A stretch of 64,000 nucleotides of DNA from Desulfatiglandales bacterium (lineage in GTDB: Bacteria > Desulfobacterota > DSM-4660 > Desulfatiglandales > Desulfatiglandaceae): the NCBI GenBank assembly GCA_963662465.1, contig OY759599.1, positions 7,776,001-7,840,000 of the forward strand, read 5' to 3'. The notes under the pieces were generated by a model. That model made no database searches, was not told the DNA's origin, and worked only from the letters and a program-made list of their open reading frames with translations. The translations under genes and the position numbers were made by a program. This document shows positions 11,001 to 20,152 of this stretch, one piece after another (position 1 is the stretch's first letter; every line of letters starts with the position of its first letter).

Positions 11001-11635
11001 TCACGGCGGGACGTCTTTCAGCCAACAATGGAACCCTCTCCATAACCGCGGAGATTCGGGGAAATGTCAAGGGGGTCATCCCGGCATTGCATGCCTCGGC
11101 AAATGTCATTCTTTCAGAAAAGGCGCCCGACAACGAAAACGGCCGGATTCAGCTGGGGGACTTGAAGTCATATGCCCCCGTGAACGGAACGATTTACAAT
11201 GATGCCCTTTTTCACGGAAAGCGCCTGCAAAACATCCTTTCGGCCCAATGGCGCGGCGATGACATGATGATGGTGGATCTAAGCCCTACCGATGCCCCCT
11301 CCGCGTGGATGGACAGTGGGATTCAAAGCCGCTGGATCGCGGATCCCGGCGCTATCGACGGCGGTTTTCAGGCCATGATCCTCTGGAGTTTTCAACAGTA
11401 CAGCGTGGGTTCTCTTCCCCATAAAATCGGAAAATACCGGCAGTTCAAACGGCAATTTCCACCGGACGGGGTTCGGGCGGCAGTACGGGTAAAGGAAAGA
11501 AGCGAGTCCCGGGCGGTTGCGGATATCGAGTTTTTGGACAAAACATCGGATGAATTGGTGGCCCGTATTGAAGACTACGAGTGTACCCTTGATGCCTCCT
11601 TAAATGAAGCGTTCAGACGCCATGTGCTGGGATGA
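5093..11635 (+). CDS. pfaA: PfaA-like iterative type I PKS/FAS: KS-MAT-ACP x3-KR-DH
   Basis: KS (DAACASS, EAHGTGT, KSQIGH), AT (FPGQGSQY, GHSYG), three LGIDSIKRVEI ACP motifs, KR (GGARGVT, YAAAN), C-terminal PKS-type DH (HVMNGNAVLP). Confidence 0.93.
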   Translation: MKTIKNNKKNAAITGCEPIAVIGIGCIFPRANNHGAYWANLKNGVDAIRDIPEGHWRIDDYYSADPSSQDHTHAKRGGFLSPIDFVPLEFGITPNAIEATDTSQLLGMVAAKQALLDAGYNDADRYDKDRVSVILGVTGALELTITLGARLGHPKWRKALRDEGLDDALSAKIINRISEQYVPWQENSFPGLLGNVVAGRIANYLDLGGTNCVVDAACASSFSAIHLAIMELQTGRADMAISGGIDTFNDVFMYTCFGKTMALSPTSDAKPFDKDADGTILGEGIGIVVLKCLKDAKRDKDNIYAVIRAIGTSSDGKGKAIYAPSAQGQVKAIRRAYRLADVDPSTIDLLEAHGTGTKVGDAVEVKAITEVYQNGAGAPWCAIGSVKSQIGHAKAAAGAAGLIKAALALHHKVLPPTIKVTTPTPALRDNSPFYINQVPKPWVRRPEHPRRAAVSAFGFGGSNFHCVLEEYDAEKTASDFDGATEILAVSADTPKGLMGALDGIHPGSSWEDLSRLFKKMRAGFNAQHPYRLTAVIKEDDDMDALMTRIGKTLESEPNDCRWSLPEGVYFGLDAFKGKLGFLFPGQGSQYVGMLREMSCQFPQMLSSLEAADLALREKTPLKTRISDIIYPPYAFTEDEKKARQLALRSTDMAQPAIGAVSAGLCKVLASFGVRPDVVAGHSYGEVVALFAAKILDEQSLFDISVLRGMLMDSGRSDGGGMVAVIASLRKVEAVLRETGLDVVIANKNAPNQVVLSGDKPDLERAKVEFKKRKIPCKSLPVANAFHSRAVSDAAGEFLEGLKKIAFSKGEIPVFSNTTGRKYSATAGAARELLANQLAKPVDFMSMIQNMYADGVRTFVEVGPGAVLKGLVSSILGDKAHVCLGLDSHSSKQSGVVAFARVLAYLSAQGYPVDLNQWNMNLKDAEPFASIKPKMTVPISGVNHVSKRVLTPPEPKTKLIQSKPQPGPGTHAVTQADHQDTMMRESTDESMKRLQAGMVALQKLQEETARLHGKFLEGQQAATRMLASLLGNSQADVHSSAKIEKSPESGMAEIRKAENPPDVEMPLDPVVSRKRCAEAAVCMREKIRNPQSAIRNSREPHLRSVLFGVVSETTGYPVEMLEPDMTLDHDLGIDSIKRVEIFSILRDRLPDAPEIEPKHLGELESLRDIVNHLVAGSAADGEGRDGDQDVSIAQPVEINGKATNAILEILLGVVSETTGYPVEMLESDMTLDQDLGIDSIKRVEIFSILRDRLPEAPEIEPKHLGELESLRDIVNHLAAGSAVSGEGRDGDRDVSIAQAVESNRDATDEILKVLLGVVSETTGYPVEMLEPDMTLDHDLGIDSIKRVEIFSILREKLPDAPEIEPKHLGELESLQDIVDHLVSGVKKNEVAQNSVLNADVSNEPVKCAPASSDVFRMVVSCEPVATVSSDAVQISKAGPFWITRDDRGLCAALQDRLHDLGYETVPISFGDLDQLTPPDSLAGLMILGAEDTDDRFIANAFELLRIAEKSLRKTQKDGMSRFVTVSFMDGKFGFGTPAKEMAPTQGGLAGLSKTAGHEWPEVGCLALDMGAFDANEETAAAIVSEIFRAGPVERGLGKDHLITLKLVPSPLKRLEKQGVSMLNPDDVVIVSGGARGVTAEVTAAVAKAYGPVIILLGRSPGPENESDLLEHLASDSEIKRAILAAGSGNMTPKELENDFRKVMANREIHRNIERLTGFGAKVQYHSVDIRDRLAVADVLARVRDEFGKITAVIHGAGVLEDRLIGDKTVAQFEKVYGTKVRGLRNLLSATESDDLKMIALFSSSSARFGRKGQIDYAAANEVLNKMAREAARKRPGCRTVAFNWGPWDGGMVTQVLKPLFKEEGIDLISKKAGSGYFIDEFESGVKGPVEVVVMGGPLDASFGLDLSLEHYPILRDHVMNGNAVLPAALMMEWLAQGALKNNPGYRFVGFDDFRVLKGIIMKNGDSQHIEITAGRLSANNGTLSITAEIRGNVKGVIPALHASANVILSEKAPDNENGRIQLGDLKSYAPVNGTIYNDALFHGKRLQNILSAQWRGDDMMMVDLSPTDAPSAWMDSGIQSRWIADPGAIDGGFQAMILWSFQQYSVGSLPHKIGKYRQFKRQFPPDGVRAAVRVKERSESRAVADIEFLDKTSDELVARIEDYECTLDASLNEAFRRHVLG
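8347..8377 (+). repeat. Heptamer tandem repeat (AATCCGC)x4 + AAT inside pfaA
   Basis: aatccgc at 8347, 8354, 8361 and 8368; encodes IRNPQSAIRN. Confidence 0.95.
8411..9235 (+). repeat. Three tandem ACP-coding units, 312-bp period
   Basis: Near-identical GVVSETTGYPVEMLE...LESL units start at 8411, 8723 and 9035. Confidence 0.92.
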
Positions 11636-14600
11636 AAAACAATCAACCGATAGCGATTATTGGCATGGGTGGGGTTTTTCCGGACGCTCCGAATCCGAAA
11701 AAACTCTGGGAAAACATTTTAGAGAAACGAAATTCCTCCCGTGAAGCGCCCCCCGGGCGCTGGGTGATTCCCCCTGACAGGGCGTATGATCCAAAACCCG
11801 GCGTGGTGGACAGGGTATACACGACGCGTGGATGTTTTATCGATGAAGTTCATGTGGATATTGCGGGCCTTGATATTCATCCGGATTTCCTGAATCGTCT
11901 GGACCCGCTTTTTCACCTTCTCCTCATGGCGGGCAAACAGGCCTTTGATGATGCGCATATCCAGGGGGAGGACCACCGGAGGACCGGGGTGATTCTCGGG
12001 AACCTGGTGTTGCCCACCGATGCCTTATCCGCCATCGCCGAAGAAACGCTTTTTCGCACTTTTGAAGAAAAACGCCTTCCCGGAAATCAACGTCGCCGTT
12101 ATCCTGGAACCGATCCCCTGAATGCATACGGCGCGGGGTTGCCGGCGGGAATCCTGTCAAAGGCTCTGGGACTTGGGGGGGACAGTTTTACCCTGGATGC
12201 GGCGTGTGCCTCTTCCTTGTACGCTATGAAACTCGCCGTTGACGAACTTTCCGCCGGCAGGGCCGATACCATGCTCTGCGGCGGCGTTTCCCGACCCAGT
12301 TGCCTTTATACCCAGATGGGTTTTTCCCAGCTGAGAGCCATTTCCCCCAGTGGGCGGAGCGCGCCCTTTGATGCCGACGGCGATGGTCTGGTGGTAGGGG
12401 AGGGCGCGGGGATTTTTGTGCTGAAACGCCTTTCCGACGCCCTCGTTGAGAATCGCAACATCTATGCTGTCATACGCGGTATCGGGCTGTCAAACGATAT
12501 GGGCGGCAGATTGCTGGCCCCCACCTCGGAAGGGCAGCTCAGGGCCATGCGGTCTGCCTATGAAGAAGCGGGCTGGCATCCCCATGATGTGGACCTCATC
12601 GAGTGTCATGCCACCGGGACCCTTGTGGGGGATGCGGTTGAATTCGAGAGTTTGGAAACCCTTTGGGAAGGTGCTGCCGGGGACTCGTCTTGCGTGTTGG
12701 GTTCGGTTAAATCGAACATCGGTCATCTGCTGACGGCGGCAGGCGCCGCGGCATGCATGAAGACCATTTTTGCCCTCCGGGAGAAGACCTTGCCGCCATC
12801 GGCCAATTTTAACAAGGCCCAAAAATCCTTTGAAATAGAAAAAACGCCCTTCACGATCCTTAAATCGCCCAGGCCATGGAACATACGGAATCAAAATGCC
12901 ACCCGGAAGGCTGCGGTGAGCGCTTTTGGGTTCGGTGGGATCAATGCCCACGTTCTGCTTGAAGAGTGGATGGGCACGGCGGAAGATGTTGCTTCGACGG
13001 TGCATCGGGATTTCAGGGCTGACCCGCCGGATGTGGCGGTTATCGGCATGGACGCCCATTTCGGGAAATTGGACAGCCTGGAATCCTTCAAGCAATGTGT
13101 ATTAAAGGGGCTGGCGCCGGCACCCGAAGCCCCCCACAACGCCTGGGGCGTTTATGAGGCAAAATGGTTTAATGAGGCTGGATCATCCCTGCGTCCCTCG
13201 GGTTTCTTTATGGATGAGATCGAACTTCCCACCGGGCTTTTCCGGATTCCCCCGAAAGAACTCTCTGAGATGCTTCCCCAGCAACTGCTGATGCTGAAGA
13301 CGGCCATGGGCGCATGGGTGGACGCAAAACCCGGAAACCAAAAAAATACCCGTGCCGGCGCTTTCATCGGGATTGGGCTTGATCCCAATACCACCAATTA
13401 TCATGTGAGGTGGCTTGTTGAACAAAACGGCGCAAAATGGGCTCAGGAGCTGGACCCTGAAACGAATCATGAAAAATGGCTTTCAGCGCTTCGTGATGCC
13501 GCGGGTTCGGGTCTCACGGCCAACCGCACCATGGGAGGGCTGGGCAGTGTTATTGCCAGCCGGATTGCCAGGGAACTGGGCATGGGAGGTCCCGCTTTTA
13601 CGGTTTCAAGCGAAGAAACTTCAGGGATCAATGCTCTCAAAACCGCTGTAAGGGCGCTTCAAAACGGCTTGATCGATCGGGCCCTGGTGGGCGCTGTGGA
13701 AATGACGGGAGATGTGCGATCCCTCTTGAGTCGGAGGGCCCTCCGGCCCTTTTCCAGGTCTGGAACGATACGCATATTTGATGTGGATTCCGACGGAACC
13801 ATCATGGGTGAAGGCGCCGGGGCTGTCGTCCTTAAACGTCTTTCGGACGCTGTTCGGGACAAGGACAGAATTTATTGCGTCATCAAGGGGATCGGTGCTT
13901 CAGCGGGCGGGAAAACCGAAGATCTGCTGCCGGATATCCCTTCATATTTGTCTTCCATGAAAAAGGCCTGTGATGAAGGGCATTGCCTTCCGGAACGCTT
14001 GGGATATGTGGAAACCCATGGAAGCGGTTATCCTGCCGAAGACAGGATGGAAATGGAAGCCCTGGTTTCATATTTCGGTGCATCGGATAAACTTCATGGG
14101 CCGGGCGTCCGGGAAGTTTCGGGACGGCAAGTTGTTTTTGGCAGCGTAAAAGGGAACATCGGCCATACGGGCGCGGCATCGTCTATGGCATCCTTTATCA
14201 AGGCCGCCCTTTGCGTGTACCATGAAATTCTGCCGCCGCTGAAAGCCGCGGAAAATCCCATCGGGGAATTGGCTGAACCGGGTCTCCTTATCCCTTCCAC
14301 GCCCCGTTATTGGCTGCATGATCGTGCTGACGGTCCTCGAAGAGCCCTTGTCAGCGCTTTCAGCATCATCGGCAATTGTGCGCATGTCCTGCTGGAGGCA
14401 TTCGAACCGGAAGCCCCGTTGTTGACGGAGGTTCTAAAACGTGCGCCCCTGGGCCCGAGGGACGAAGGGTTGTTTGTGGTTGGCGCCGATACTCACGGGG
14501 GCATCTTTAACGGGCTTGATCATTTCCGTAAATTTCTTCAAAGCGACCCCGGCGTTTCCGCTTCGAACATGGAGGCGCTTGCCCGGTTGTGGTGGCGGCA

Positions 14601-17600
14601 TCAGAAACGTTCCCGGCTTTCGGCAACCTTTATCGCTCGAAACAGAGGAGAACTTCTGAAACAGATCTCCCAGTTTCAAAAGACCATCCAGGCAAATCCT
14701 CATCAACGGGTGGGTTACGAGCGGTCGTCCATTCCCGATGCATCGTTTCAGGACCGGGTTTTTTACAATCCTCAACCCCCGGTATCCGGGAACGGCAACA
14801 GGATCTGTTTCGTGTTCCCCGGTTCCGGGAACACTTTTTCCCATATGGGTCGGGAATTATTTGTTCAGTGGCCGGAAATCCTGAGACGGCAGCATCAGGA
14901 GAATCTCTACCTGCGGGGTCAATATCGTCCCGATTGTTTCTGGGACATTGAAAAGGGGCATGAAGATGCCGTCTCCCAAAAGCGCTGCGACCGCAGAGCC
15001 ATGATATTCGGTCATGTTTCACTTTGCACGGGGATCAGCGACCTGGTTCAAACCTTCGGCATCAAACCGAATTTCGTTGTGGGCTACAGTCTGGGGGAAA
15101 CCGCCGGGCTTTTCGCCTTGAGAGCGTGGTCAGGCAGGGATGAAATGCTGAGGAAAATCCAAGAATCGACCCTGTTTACCAAAGAATTGGCGGGAGAATT
15201 CCGGGCTGCCCGAAGGCACTGGAAATGGCCCTGGAACAAAAAGCTTGACTGGGTGTTGTTTACCATAGACCGGTCCATGGGTACTTTAAAAGACATGCTG
15301 AAAAAACATGAGCATGTCTATCCGTTGATCTCAAATACGGACCGGGAATGCGTCATCGGCGGTGAACGTGGGGCGGTTGAGGCGTTCATCCATGCCATTG
15401 GCTGCAGGCATGTGCCCATTGAGGGCGTCTCAATCGCCCACTGTGAAGTCTTAAAGGAAGTTGAAGGACCCTACCGGGAATTGCATCTACAGGAAACCAT
15501 TGCGCCCCCCCACATAAAATTTTACAGCGGCGCCCAAGGCAAATCTTATGATGTCACCCGGGAGTCGGCGGCTGATGCCATTCTCTCCCACGCCCTCAAG
15601 GGTGTCGATTTTGTCAAAACCATTAAAACTGCCCATGATGACGGGGCAAGGGTATTTCTGGAAATGGGTCCAGGCGCTTCCTGCACCCGGATGATTCATC
15701 ATATCCTCCACGGACGGCCCCATGTTGCAAGGTCATTTTGTATCCAGGGGCAGGACCCGTACTCTCTGATACTGCGGGGTCTGGGGCAATGCATTGCAGA
15801 GGGCATTCCGGTCAATATGGAGGGGTTGTACGGTCAGGATTTTCACCCGGCGACCCAAAAGGAAAGCGATGAGCCCCACGGTTCACCGACTATCCGAATA
15901 AAAACAGGCGGGAAGCCCTTTGTTATGCCGAAATTGATGGGGGCTGCTCAAAAAGAGACGGTCAGCACCTTTGAACCAAAGGGGTTCGCGGACCCAATGG
16001 GAAAATCGACTGAACCTGATGAACTGATCGAGCAGTTTACCCAAACCGAGCAGGCAAAGATGGATGCCCACGGAAGGTACTTGCAATTCGCATCCGAAAT
16101 AACCGAGGCCATGGCGGATAATCTGGCAAAACAGCTTGCGATTCTTAAAAAATCCCGGGGTGGAACCGCCCTAACCGTTCCGGACGAACCGTCCGGAAGC
16201 CTGACCCGGGAGCAGTGCCTGGAGTATGCAATCGGATCTATTGCAACGGTGTTTGGTGCAAAATATGCGGAAATCGACGGGTATCCCACCCGTGTCCGCC
16301 TTCCGGACGAACCCTTGATGCTGGTGGACAGGGTCGTTTCCATCGAAGGCGAACCTTTGGTCTTGGGTCCTTTACGAATCATCACCGAGCATCATGTCAG
16401 GAACGGGGCATGGTATCTTGATTCGGGGAGGATGCCCATCTGCATCACCGTGGAGGCCGGTCAGGCGGATCTGATGCTCTCCGGCTTTGCGGGGATCGAT
16501 TTCCATACCAGGGGGTTGGCCGTGTACCGGCTCCTGGATGCGGATATTGCCTTTCACCGGCATTTACCCCTGCCGGGCGAGACCATTCGCTATGATATCC
16601 GGATAAAGCGATTCTTTATGTTGAACGGCACTCATTTCTTTAATTTTGAATATGATGGAACCATTGACAATGTGCCCTTGTTGACCATGAGAAACGGCTG
16701 TGCCGGTTTTTTTACGGAAGAGGCCCTTGCCGCGGGAAGGGGATTAACCCATCATCGTCTGAGCAGCGGCTCAAAAAAGGGTAAAGTGGATCCGGGGTGG
16801 CGGGAATTGACCCCCATGAAAGTTGAATCCTATGATGAAACGCAGCTGGACGCCCTTCGGCGGGGTGATTTGGCGGCGTGCTTCGGTCCCGCATTTGATA
16901 AATCCTTAGGGTTGCGGCATCCCCTGGGCATACCGGGGGGCAGGATGAAGCTGGTGGACCGTATTGTGAAAATAGATCCGAAGGGCGGTCGTTACGGCCT
17001 CGGGTTCATTCGGGCCGAAGCCGATATTCACCCTGACGACTGGTTTTTGAGGTGCCATTTTGTGGATGACCCCGTCATGCCGGGGACCCTCATGTATGAA
17101 TGCTGCATGCATACCCTCAGGATTTTTCTGTTGAGGATGGGCTGGGTGGCCGAAAGCAGCGAAGTCTCTCTTGAACCGGTTCAAGCGGTCGCGAGCCGGT
17201 TGAAATGCAGGGGTCAGGTGCTTCAAACCACATCCGTTGTCACCTACGAAATTACCATCAAAGAGTTGGGTATCCACCCTGAACCCTACGTCATTGCCGA
17301 CGCCGGCATGTATGCGGATGGAAAATATATCGTCCATATGGAAAACATGTCCATCCGAATGGCGGGGATCTCCTTTGAAAAACTGGCGGCCTCATGGCAA
17401 CCGGAATCGAAAAAGGATCAAGTACCGCAAAAATTCAAACCGGCGGTTTATGATGAAAGCCGGATTATCGCCTTTACCCAGGGGAAACCCTCCGCGGCGT
17501 TCGGCGCCCCGTACAAAATATTTGATGAAAAACGCCGTATCGCCCGCCTGCCGAGAGCCCCGTATCAATTTCTGGATCGCATTACCCATGTGGTGGGAGA

Positions 17601-18549
17601 ACCCTGGAAGATGGTTTCAGGGGCCGTTGCCGAAGCCCAATACCGGATTCCGGAGGATGCGTGGTATTTTACCGCCAATAGGCAGCGAATCATGCCCTTT
17701 GCCGTACTCCTTGAGATTGCCCTGCAACCGTGCGGATGGCTTGCCGCCTACATGGGAAGCGCCTTGACCAGCGATATGGATTTGAAATTCAGAAATCTCG
17801 GCGGCGAAGGGGTTCAGCATCTGCCGGTGACCCGCACATCGGGGATACTGACCACAAGGGTCAAGGTTACCAATGTGGCCGATTCCGGCGGCATGATTAT
17901 TCAGCATTTCACTTTTGAGGTGACAGGTTCGGAAGGAACCCTCTACAAGGGAACCACCTATTTCGGTTTTTTTTCAGCCCAGGCCCTTCTGGATCAGAAA
18001 GGGATTCAAGACGCGAAACCCCATGAACCGTCCCGGTCCGAGATGGAACGCGGGATCATCAACGTGGAATATCCGACCGAACCACCTTTTCCTGAAAAGA
18101 AAATGCGGATGGTGGATCATATAGACCTGTTTATCCCCGACGGCGGACCCAATGGGTTTGGCTTTATCCGCGGCAGCAAAAAGGTGGACCCGGATGAATG
18201 GTTTTTTAAAGCCCATTTCTATCAGGACCCTGTGACGCCCGGTTCTTTGGGTGTGGAAGCCTTTATTCAGCTGCTGAAATTTGTTGCAACAAGGCGATGG
18301 GGGGCATTGCCTGAAACAGTGTTTGAAGGAATGACCGAAAAACATCAATGGCTCTATCGCGGACAGGTTGTCCCCACGGACCAAATTGTTACGGTTGAAG
18401 CGGTTATTACCGAAATGAATGACAATGTCAGGTCGATTAAAGCTGATGGGTTTCTGATGGTGGACGGGCGCGTCGTTTACAAACTGACGGACTTCACTTT
18501 GACGGTGAGGGATAATGAAAATGGAAAATGTCTTTTTGATCCTCATTAA
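11632..18549 (+). CDS. pfaBC: Fused PfaB/C-like protein: KS-CLF-AT plus FabA-type dehydratase domains
   Basis: KS (DAACASS, ECHATGT); second KS-like domain with SSEETSG instead of the catalytic Cys (CLF); AT (FPGSG, GYSLGE); FabA-like DH motifs HFVDDPVMPGTL and HFYQDPVTPGSLG. Confidence 0.92.
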   Translation: MKNNQPIAIIGMGGVFPDAPNPKKLWENILEKRNSSREAPPGRWVIPPDRAYDPKPGVVDRVYTTRGCFIDEVHVDIAGLDIHPDFLNRLDPLFHLLLMAGKQAFDDAHIQGEDHRRTGVILGNLVLPTDALSAIAEETLFRTFEEKRLPGNQRRRYPGTDPLNAYGAGLPAGILSKALGLGGDSFTLDAACASSLYAMKLAVDELSAGRADTMLCGGVSRPSCLYTQMGFSQLRAISPSGRSAPFDADGDGLVVGEGAGIFVLKRLSDALVENRNIYAVIRGIGLSNDMGGRLLAPTSEGQLRAMRSAYEEAGWHPHDVDLIECHATGTLVGDAVEFESLETLWEGAAGDSSCVLGSVKSNIGHLLTAAGAAACMKTIFALREKTLPPSANFNKAQKSFEIEKTPFTILKSPRPWNIRNQNATRKAAVSAFGFGGINAHVLLEEWMGTAEDVASTVHRDFRADPPDVAVIGMDAHFGKLDSLESFKQCVLKGLAPAPEAPHNAWGVYEAKWFNEAGSSLRPSGFFMDEIELPTGLFRIPPKELSEMLPQQLLMLKTAMGAWVDAKPGNQKNTRAGAFIGIGLDPNTTNYHVRWLVEQNGAKWAQELDPETNHEKWLSALRDAAGSGLTANRTMGGLGSVIASRIARELGMGGPAFTVSSEETSGINALKTAVRALQNGLIDRALVGAVEMTGDVRSLLSRRALRPFSRSGTIRIFDVDSDGTIMGEGAGAVVLKRLSDAVRDKDRIYCVIKGIGASAGGKTEDLLPDIPSYLSSMKKACDEGHCLPERLGYVETHGSGYPAEDRMEMEALVSYFGASDKLHGPGVREVSGRQVVFGSVKGNIGHTGAASSMASFIKAALCVYHEILPPLKAAENPIGELAEPGLLIPSTPRYWLHDRADGPRRALVSAFSIIGNCAHVLLEAFEPEAPLLTEVLKRAPLGPRDEGLFVVGADTHGGIFNGLDHFRKFLQSDPGVSASNMEALARLWWRHQKRSRLSATFIARNRGELLKQISQFQKTIQANPHQRVGYERSSIPDASFQDRVFYNPQPPVSGNGNRICFVFPGSGNTFSHMGRELFVQWPEILRRQHQENLYLRGQYRPDCFWDIEKGHEDAVSQKRCDRRAMIFGHVSLCTGISDLVQTFGIKPNFVVGYSLGETAGLFALRAWSGRDEMLRKIQESTLFTKELAGEFRAARRHWKWPWNKKLDWVLFTIDRSMGTLKDMLKKHEHVYPLISNTDRECVIGGERGAVEAFIHAIGCRHVPIEGVSIAHCEVLKEVEGPYRELHLQETIAPPHIKFYSGAQGKSYDVTRESAADAILSHALKGVDFVKTIKTAHDDGARVFLEMGPGASCTRMIHHILHGRPHVARSFCIQGQDPYSLILRGLGQCIAEGIPVNMEGLYGQDFHPATQKESDEPHGSPTIRIKTGGKPFVMPKLMGAAQKETVSTFEPKGFADPMGKSTEPDELIEQFTQTEQAKMDAHGRYLQFASEITEAMADNLAKQLAILKKSRGGTALTVPDEPSGSLTREQCLEYAIGSIATVFGAKYAEIDGYPTRVRLPDEPLMLVDRVVSIEGEPLVLGPLRIITEHHVRNGAWYLDSGRMPICITVEAGQADLMLSGFAGIDFHTRGLAVYRLLDADIAFHRHLPLPGETIRYDIRIKRFFMLNGTHFFNFEYDGTIDNVPLLTMRNGCAGFFTEEALAAGRGLTHHRLSSGSKKGKVDPGWRELTPMKVESYDETQLDALRRGDLAACFGPAFDKSLGLRHPLGIPGGRMKLVDRIVKIDPKGGRYGLGFIRAEADIHPDDWFLRCHFVDDPVMPGTLMYECCMHTLRIFLLRMGWVAESSEVSLEPVQAVASRLKCRGQVLQTTSVVTYEITIKELGIHPEPYVIADAGMYADGKYIVHMENMSIRMAGISFEKLAASWQPESKKDQVPQKFKPAVYDESRIIAFTQGKPSAAFGAPYKIFDEKRRIARLPRAPYQFLDRITHVVGEPWKMVSGAVAEAQYRIPEDAWYFTANRQRIMPFAVLLEIALQPCGWLAAYMGSALTSDMDLKFRNLGGEGVQHLPVTRTSGILTTRVKVTNVADSGGMIIQHFTFEVTGSEGTLYKGTTYFGFFSAQALLDQKGIQDAKPHEPSRSEMERGIINVEYPTEPPFPEKKMRMVDHIDLFIPDGGPNGFGFIRGSKKVDPDEWFFKAHFYQDPVTPGSLGVEAFIQLLKFVATRRWGALPETVFEGMTEKHQWLYRGQVVPTDQIVTVEAVITEMNDNVRSIKADGFLMVDGRVVYKLTDFTLTVRDNENGKCLFDPH

Positions 18550-19522
18550 CTTATTGATCTTCGCCGCTGTCTATTTGGGTATTGCCCTTTTGTTCATCCT
18601 GACCGGCAAACGTAAGAAGTCAAATAATGATAAAAAGGGTCTGACCTTCAATGAGTTGTTCTTCGATTATGCCAACCTGCCACAACTGAAAATGTTTGCC
18701 GCAAGGGACGGCAAGCCATTAGCGTATCGGCATTATACAGCTCAATCCGACAAGGTGATCATCCTTCTACATGGCTCGGGTTGGCATAGCCGGTATTTCT
18801 TACCTTTAGCTGAATTCCTTAGTTCCGAAGGACTGGCTCAGGTATTTACACCAGACCTCCGTGGACATGGACATGCACCCGAAAGACGCGGCGACGTGGA
18901 CTACATTGGCCAATTTGAAGATGATTTGGCTGATTTTATTTCCATTATTCGAAAAGATAACCCGAATGCAATGCTGATTGTGGGGGGACACTCATCCGGA
19001 GGCGGGCTTGCGATACGCTTTGGGGGAAGCAGATATGGTCATCAAGCCGACGCCTATATGCTGCTTTCTCCTTTTCTGAAATATAATGCGCCTACGATGC
19101 GTGCCAATTCAGGAGGATGGGCGCATGTTCATTTTTGGCGAATTGCCGGTTTGGCGATGCTGAATAATGTGGGGATTCATGGGTTGGATTATTTGACGAC
19201 GCTTGAGTTTAACATGCCGGAAGAAGCCCGGGATGGAACCGAAACCCTGGCCTATTCTCATCGACTCAACACGGCCTACGCGCCTCGCAACTACAAAAAA
19301 GATCTCAGGGCCATAACGCAATCATTGCTGGTTGTCGTCGGCAGCGCTGATGAAGCCTTCATTGCGGATCAATTTGAACCCATAATTTCTCAGTACACAT
19401 CGGTTCGTGTGGCACTTTTGCCGGACGTATCACACATGGGCGCAGTGGTTGGACCTGAAGTGCGACCCGTTGTGAAAAATTGGCTGGAAACTCTTGGGAC
19501 GTCATCGCCGTTGCTCTCATAA
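18515..19522 (+). CDS. Alpha/beta-hydrolase (lysophospholipase-like) with N-terminal membrane anchor
   Basis: LLHGSG, PDLRGHG, nucleophile elbow GHSSGG, hydrophobic N-terminus; overlaps the pfaBC stop. Confidence 0.85.
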   Translation: MKMENVFLILINLLIFAAVYLGIALLFILTGKRKKSNNDKKGLTFNELFFDYANLPQLKMFAARDGKPLAYRHYTAQSDKVIILLHGSGWHSRYFLPLAEFLSSEGLAQVFTPDLRGHGHAPERRGDVDYIGQFEDDLADFISIIRKDNPNAMLIVGGHSSGGGLAIRFGGSRYGHQADAYMLLSPFLKYNAPTMRANSGGWAHVHFWRIAGLAMLNNVGIHGLDYLTTLEFNMPEEARDGTETLAYSHRLNTAYAPRNYKKDLRAITQSLLVVVGSADEAFIADQFEPIISQYTSVRVALLPDVSHMGAVVGPEVRPVVKNWLETLGTSSPLLS

Positions 19523-19587
19523 CATCGTGGGCTTGGCGTCCCACGCATGCCTGGTTCAGGCACTATTTGCGAACAGAGGTTTTTTTC

Positions 19588-20067
19588 ATGATAAAAAAGT
19601 GCGAAGACACTGATTTTGAAACGATTCTTCAGATTATCAATGACGGGGCAAGTGCATATGACGGGGTGATACCGGAAGACTGTTGGCATGATCCTTATAT
19701 GAGGTCCAAAGAATTGGAACATGAGATAACCGACGGCGTTGTTTTCTGGGGGTACGGGGAAGGAGACCGCCTGATGGCGGTCATGGGCATTCAGGACAGG
19801 GGCCATGTGACGCTTATTCGCCATGCCTATGTTCGAACGTCGCAGCGAAATCGGGGAATCGGTGGCCGGCTTCTCCGATTTCTCGAAGCCGCAACAACCA
19901 AGCCGATACTCATCGGCACATGGTCCGCCGCCACCTGGGCAATTGCCTTTTACAAAAAAAACGGCTACAGGTGTCTCAATAGAGAGGAGACGGCACGGCT
20001 GTTGAGGACTTACTGGACGATTTCCGAACGTCAATTGGAAACATCCGTGGTGCTTGCCAAAAAATAA
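19588..20067 (+). CDS. GNAT family N-acetyltransferase
   Basis: YVRTSQRNRGIGGRLL acetyl-CoA motif and AIAFYKKNGY; ATG at 19588. Confidence 0.85.
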   Translation: MIKKCEDTDFETILQIINDGASAYDGVIPEDCWHDPYMRSKELEHEITDGVVFWGYGEGDRLMAVMGIQDRGHVTLIRHAYVRTSQRNRGIGGRLLRFLEAATTKPILIGTWSAATWAIAFYKKNGYRCLNREETARLLRTYWTISERQLETSVVLAKK

Positions 20068-20152
20068 CACCATCAGGGGTTGGTCTAAAAAAATAGAACA
20101 TTTTGAAAGTTGAACTTGCAAAGTACACCTTTTTTGGCTTAATCTGTTTTCT

